DNA from: Bacteroidota bacterium
Lineage (GTDB): Bacteria; Bacteroidota; Ignavibacteria; Kapaibacteriales; UBA2268
Direction of reading: 5' to 3'
NCBI GenBank assembly: GCA_004322215.1
Contig: SCSM01000007.1
Location: 192,071-256,070 of the forward strand
DNA: 64,000 nt
The notes beneath the pieces were generated by a model. It did not search any database and was not told where the DNA came from. It worked only from the letters and a program-made list of their open reading frames with translations. The position numbers and the translations under genes are program-made. How positions within the stretch are numbered: position 1 is the stretch's first letter; each line of letters begins with the position of its first letter. Of this stretch, positions 60,611-64,000 are shown in pieces.

Positions 60611-60757
60611 TTCAAAATTCAAAATCCAACATTCAAAATTTTCTGAATAACAAATATTTATTCCCTACGGGAAAACGATTATTGTTTGGTTTCTGTTGCT
60701 TCTACTAATATATAATCCCTAACGGGATAACATTAATTCAAAATTCAAAATTCAAAA
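60611..60757. repeat. Repeat-structured intergenic region: (TTCAAAA)n heptamer arrays flanking two related hairpins
   Basis: TTCAAAA x2 (+1 more) at 60611-60638, TTCAAAA x3 at 60737-60757; hairpins TTCCC-tac-GGGAA (60661-60673) and ATCCC-taac-GGGAT (60715-60728). Confidence 0.6.
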
Positions 60758-62095
60758 CTTCTTCTTTAGTAGTTCTGCTATCGTCGGCTTGCTGATTTCA
60801 GTCAACTCATAATATACTCTCGTATTCGGCTTTTTAATCTTAATATATCTTCCAAGATTAATCGGTGTACCTATAACCACCGAATCGCAGTTAGTCTTAT
60901 TTATTGTCGCCTCCAGGTCTTTCAATTGCTGTTCACCGTAACCCATAGCCGGTAAAAGAACACCGATATCAGGATATTTCTGAAATGTTTCTTTCAGCTT
61001 ACCGACAATGTATGGACGCGGGTCAATTAATTCAGCAGCACCATACCGGCGTGCAGCAACTGTTCCGGCACCGATTTCCATTTCTCCGTGTGTTAGTGTC
61101 GGACCATCCTCTACAACAAGTACTTTTTTATCATAAATAATTGAAGAGTCATCAACTGCAAGTGATGAAGCCGCCATAACAATCATAGCTTTCTTATTCA
61201 ATTTTCTGACATTATTCAATACAAATTCTATATCTTCGGGATATGCAGAATCAACTTTATTGACTACTATAACATCAGCCATTCTCACATTTACTTCACC
61301 GGGATAATAACCAATCTCGTCTCCAGGTCTTAGCGGGTCAACTACGACGATTGAAAAATCCGGCTTGTAAAAAGGCATATCATTATTTCCGCCATCCCAC
61401 ACAACTACATCCGCTTCTTTCTCCGCCTGACGTAGAATTGCTTCGTAATCAACGCCCGAATATATCACGCTACCCATCGCAATATGCGGCTCGTACTCTT
61501 CAATCTCCTCTATTGTACATTTATGTTTGAGCAGGTCTTCATATTTAGCAAATCTTTGCACTTTCTGCTTTGCCAAATCACCGTAAGGCATAGGATGCCT
61601 GACTGAAACAACTTTTTTCCCCATATCGAGCAATGCCCTTACGACAGCACGTGTAGTCTGGCTCTTGCCGCATCCGGTTCTCACTGCCGTAACTGATACA
61701 ACCGGCTTTGACGATTTAATCATCGTAGGATAAGAACCGAGCATTGAATATCTTGCACCGGCTGACATTACTCTCGAACCGATATGCATTACAGTTTCAT
61801 AAGAAAGGTCGCTGTATGACAACACACATTCATCAATATTATATTTTTTAATTAAATTTTCAAGTTCTTCTTCTGCGAAAATCGGAATACCTTTGGGATA
61901 TAATTTTCCAGCTAATGATTTTGGATATTTCCTCCCGTCAATATCAGGTATTTGAGCCGCTGTAAAAGCAACAACCTCATATTTGGAATTATCCCTGTAG
62001 CATACATTAAAATTGTGAAAATCTCTTCCCGCCGCTCCGATAATAATAATTCTTGTCTTCTTATAACTCATAAAATCTCCATAACTATTCAACAA
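60752..62095 (-). CDS. P-loop protein, cyclic 2,3-diphosphoglycerate synthetase-like / predicted GTPase family
   Basis: 447 aa; N-terminal Rossmann-like IIIIGAAGRDFHNF, Walker A TGCGKSQTT; family assignment from overall resemblance only. Confidence 0.4.
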   Translation of the reverse strand: MLNSYGDFMSYKKTRIIIIGAAGRDFHNFNVCYRDNSKYEVVAFTAAQIPDIDGRKYPKSLAGKLYPKGIPIFAEEELENLIKKYNIDECVLSYSDLSYETVMHIGSRVMSAGARYSMLGSYPTMIKSSKPVVSVTAVRTGCGKSQTTRAVVRALLDMGKKVVSVRHPMPYGDLAKQKVQRFAKYEDLLKHKCTIEEIEEYEPHIAMGSVIYSGVDYEAILRQAEKEADVVVWDGGNNDMPFYKPDFSIVVVDPLRPGDEIGYYPGEVNVRMADVIVVNKVDSAYPEDIEFVLNNVRKLNKKAMIVMAASSLAVDDSSIIYDKKVLVVEDGPTLTHGEMEIGAGTVAARRYGAAELIDPRPYIVGKLKETFQKYPDIGVLLPAMGYGEQQLKDLEATINKTNCDSVVIGTPINLGRYIKIKKPNTRVYYELTEISKPTIAELLKKKF

Positions 62096-62111
62096 ATTTT
62101 TTTCTAACTTT

Positions 62112-63308
62112 TTAATCTAATGCTTTAACGACTTTCTCGATTCTTTCGAAAGCCCAGTCAATTTCTTCTTTTGTAATTACAAGAGGAGGAGCAAATCGAA
62201 TCACATTATCATGTGTCTCTTTGCATAGAATTCCCTCATCCATCAACTTCTCGCAATATGGTCTGGCTTTGGTATCAAGAACAAAACCAATCCACAATCC
62301 CTTGCCTCTCACTTCAACCAAATGTTTGCTTTTTATTGTTCTCGATTTTTCAATAAAATAATTTCCCATCTCAAATGAACGTTCAATTAGTTTTTCTTCA
62401 CCCAATACCTTCAATGAAGCTCTCGCAACCGCTGCAGCGAGCGGATTGCCGCCAAATGTTGAACCATGGTCTCCCGGTTTAAATACTCCAAGTATCTCTT
62501 TACTCGAAAGCACAGCTGAAACAGGATAGAAGCCACCCGATAATGCCTTCCCGATAATCACCATATCAGGTCTGACTTTCTCATACTCAAAAGCGAAAAG
62601 TTTTCCGCTTCTTCCCAATCCCGATTGAATCTCATCACATATAAAAAGCACATTATTCTCTTTACAAATCTTTTCAACTTCCTTCAAATATCCTGCAGGA
62701 GGTACAACTATTCCTGCTTCTCCCTGAATTGGCTCTACGAGAAATGCTGCTGTATTACTGTTTATTTTGGATTTCAAATCTTCGATATCGCCATATTTCA
62801 CAATTGGAAATCCCGGTGTCATCGGACCGAAACCATCCTTATATTGTGCTTCTGTCGAAAAACTTACAATTGTTACAGTTCTTCCGTGAAAATTATTTTC
62901 AGCACAAATTATTTCAGCTTTATTTTCAGGAATTCCTTTAACTTTATATCCCCATTTCCTTGCTGCTTTCACTGCTGTTTCAACTGCTTCTGCACCTGAA
63001 TTCATTGGCAAAGCAACATCATATCCCGTCAAATCATGAAGGTCTTTGTACAACAAAGGAAGCTGGTCGTTCCTGAAAGCACGACTTGTTAAAGTAACTT
63101 TCCCTGCTTGTTCTGTGAATGCCTGCATAATTTTTGGGTGGCAATGTCCCTGGTTAACTGCTGAATATGCGGCTAAGCAATCAAGATATTTCTTCCCTTC
63201 GACATCAGTAACCCAAACACCTTCTGCTTTTGTAACAACTACATCCAGAGGATGATAATTATGTGCTCCGTATTTCTCTTCTAATTCTATAAAATCTTTT
63301 GTTTTCAT
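62112..63308 (-). CDS. rocD: Ornithine--oxo-acid aminotransferase (class III PLP aminotransferase)
   Basis: 398 aa; ..DCLAAYSAVNQGHCHPKI.., ..FICDEIQSGLGRSGKLFAFE.., PLP-Lys context IIGKALSGG. Confidence 0.8.
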   Translation of the reverse strand: MKTKDFIELEEKYGAHNYHPLDVVVTKAEGVWVTDVEGKKYLDCLAAYSAVNQGHCHPKIMQAFTEQAGKVTLTSRAFRNDQLPLLYKDLHDLTGYDVALPMNSGAEAVETAVKAARKWGYKVKGIPENKAEIICAENNFHGRTVTIVSFSTEAQYKDGFGPMTPGFPIVKYGDIEDLKSKINSNTAAFLVEPIQGEAGIVVPPAGYLKEVEKICKENNVLFICDEIQSGLGRSGKLFAFEYEKVRPDMVIIGKALSGGFYPVSAVLSSKEILGVFKPGDHGSTFGGNPLAAAVARASLKVLGEEKLIERSFEMGNYFIEKSRTIKSKHLVEVRGKGLWIGFVLDTKARPYCEKLMDEGILCKETHDNVIRFAPPLVITKEEIDWAFERIEKVVKALD

Positions 63309-63582
63309 AATCTCTCTTATTTATTTCTTAAATTAATTTATTAGTCTCCGCAGAATATATTTTTATAATAATTTATAATTTTCAATTTTTAATTTATAAT
63401 GAATTTTTAATAAACAAATTTTCAATTTTTAATCTTTTATGCATTTATCCTTAATAAGAATATTTTTCATATTACCAATTTCATTTTTTAAATAATGCAT
63501 TAAAAATTTCAAATTTAATATTCAATAAAAATTAAAAATTAAAAATTTTTACTCTTATAATAACACACAATCCTAATATGAG

Positions 63583-64000
63583 TTATTCATTATCAAAAAG
63601 CATTGTAAGTAATGCCATTCTAACATACAATCCATTCCTTGCCTGCCTGAAATATGCCGCCCTCGGGTCACTGTCAACTGCCGGATTAATTTCTACTGAC
63701 CTCGGAAGCGGATGCATTATGATTGAATTATACTTCATCTTCTTCAATACATTCGTATCAATATTATACTTTGTCAAATCAATATCCTTGTGTTTCAGCC
63801 GCTCCTTATCAATTCTTGTCTGGTAAACCACATCAACTTTGCTTATAATATCATCAGTTTTTGATGAGAGATGATATGATACACCCTTCTCATCAAGATG
63901 CTCAAGTATATCCGGCTTTATTTGAAGTTCATCGGGTGCGATGAAATATAATTTAATCCTTTCGAACTTGCTCAAAAGATAAGCAAGTGAACGTGCTGTT
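63583..64000 (-). CDS. pyrB: Aspartate/ornithine carbamoyltransferase family, C-terminal part (PyrB-like); 5' end beyond window
   Basis: Reverse translation continues past the track's TTG start to the window edge: TARSLAYLLSKFERIKLYFIAPDEL..VDVVYQTRIDKERL..IMHPLPRSVEI..DPRAAYFRQARNGLYVRMALL parallels E. coli PyrB C-terminal half (HPLPR, YFQQA.NG). Confidence 0.65.
   Translation of the reverse strand, partial: TARSLAYLLSKFERIKLYFIAPDELQIKPDILEHLDEKGVSYHLSSKTDDIISKVDVVYQTRIDKERLKHKDIDLTKYNIDTNVLKKMKYNSIIMHPLPRSVEINPAVDSDPRAAYFRQARNGLYVRMALLTMLFDNE

Overview
This is a low-GC (roughly 33-38% by eye) bacterial chromosomal segment, densely coded on both strands. Two large secreted proteins end in type IX secretion (T9SS) C-terminal sorting domains, which points to the Bacteroidota/Ignavibacteriota (FCB) group. 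In order along the window: (1) a minus-strand chemotaxis operon (partial cheA, MCP, CheW-like, CheR-TPR, CheW). (2) A TetR-controlled minus-strand operon (hemerythrin-like, His-rich secreted protein, cupin) with a perfect 20-bp palindromic operator, next to NDH-2. (3) A secreted 1092-aa TPR-CHAT (caspase-like) protein, an ABC-F ATPase and a P-type cation ATPase. (4) A nine-gene minus-strand arsenic island: arsR-arsC-arsM-acr3-arsP, followed by a periplasmic thiol-disulfide relay (CxxC protein, redox-active disulfide protein 2, thioredoxin, CcdA). (5) Housekeeping genes: queE, rsmD, aldehyde dehydrogenase, GH57, scpAB, alr, manC, hutI, an EF-G paralog, prfB with its programmed +1 frameshift site CTT-TGA-C directly visible, clpC, ornithine aminotransferase, and partial pyrB. 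(6) The most interesting region is a ~3.6-kb AT-rich insertion at 48.8-52.4 kb. It carries a co-linear, translationally coupled EcoRV-family restriction endonuclease and M.EcoRV-like D12-class adenine methyltransferase. Eight nt after the methyltransferase comes an uncharacterised 566-aa protein whose N-terminus carries an Mrr-type PD-(D/E)xK nuclease signature and whose ~430-aa C-terminal region has no recognisable motif. This is a candidate new defense component riding on an R-M system. (7) A 1.2-kb toxin-antitoxin patch after clpC: an intact hicB-hicA pair, a second hicB preceded by a truncated hicA that has lost its catalytic GSHH region, and a repeat-structured non-coding stretch. A third orphan hicB-like gene sits at 40.4 kb. 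(8) A PhnB/VOC-family pseudogene with three separate lesions at 35.0-35.5 kb. Several strong hairpins lie in gene-flanking intergenic regions; some look like plausible Rho-independent terminators and others lack a clear U-tract. No rRNA, tRNA or CRISPR array was recognised. All protein calls rest on motif-level reading of the translations and on remembered family signatures. No database search could be run.
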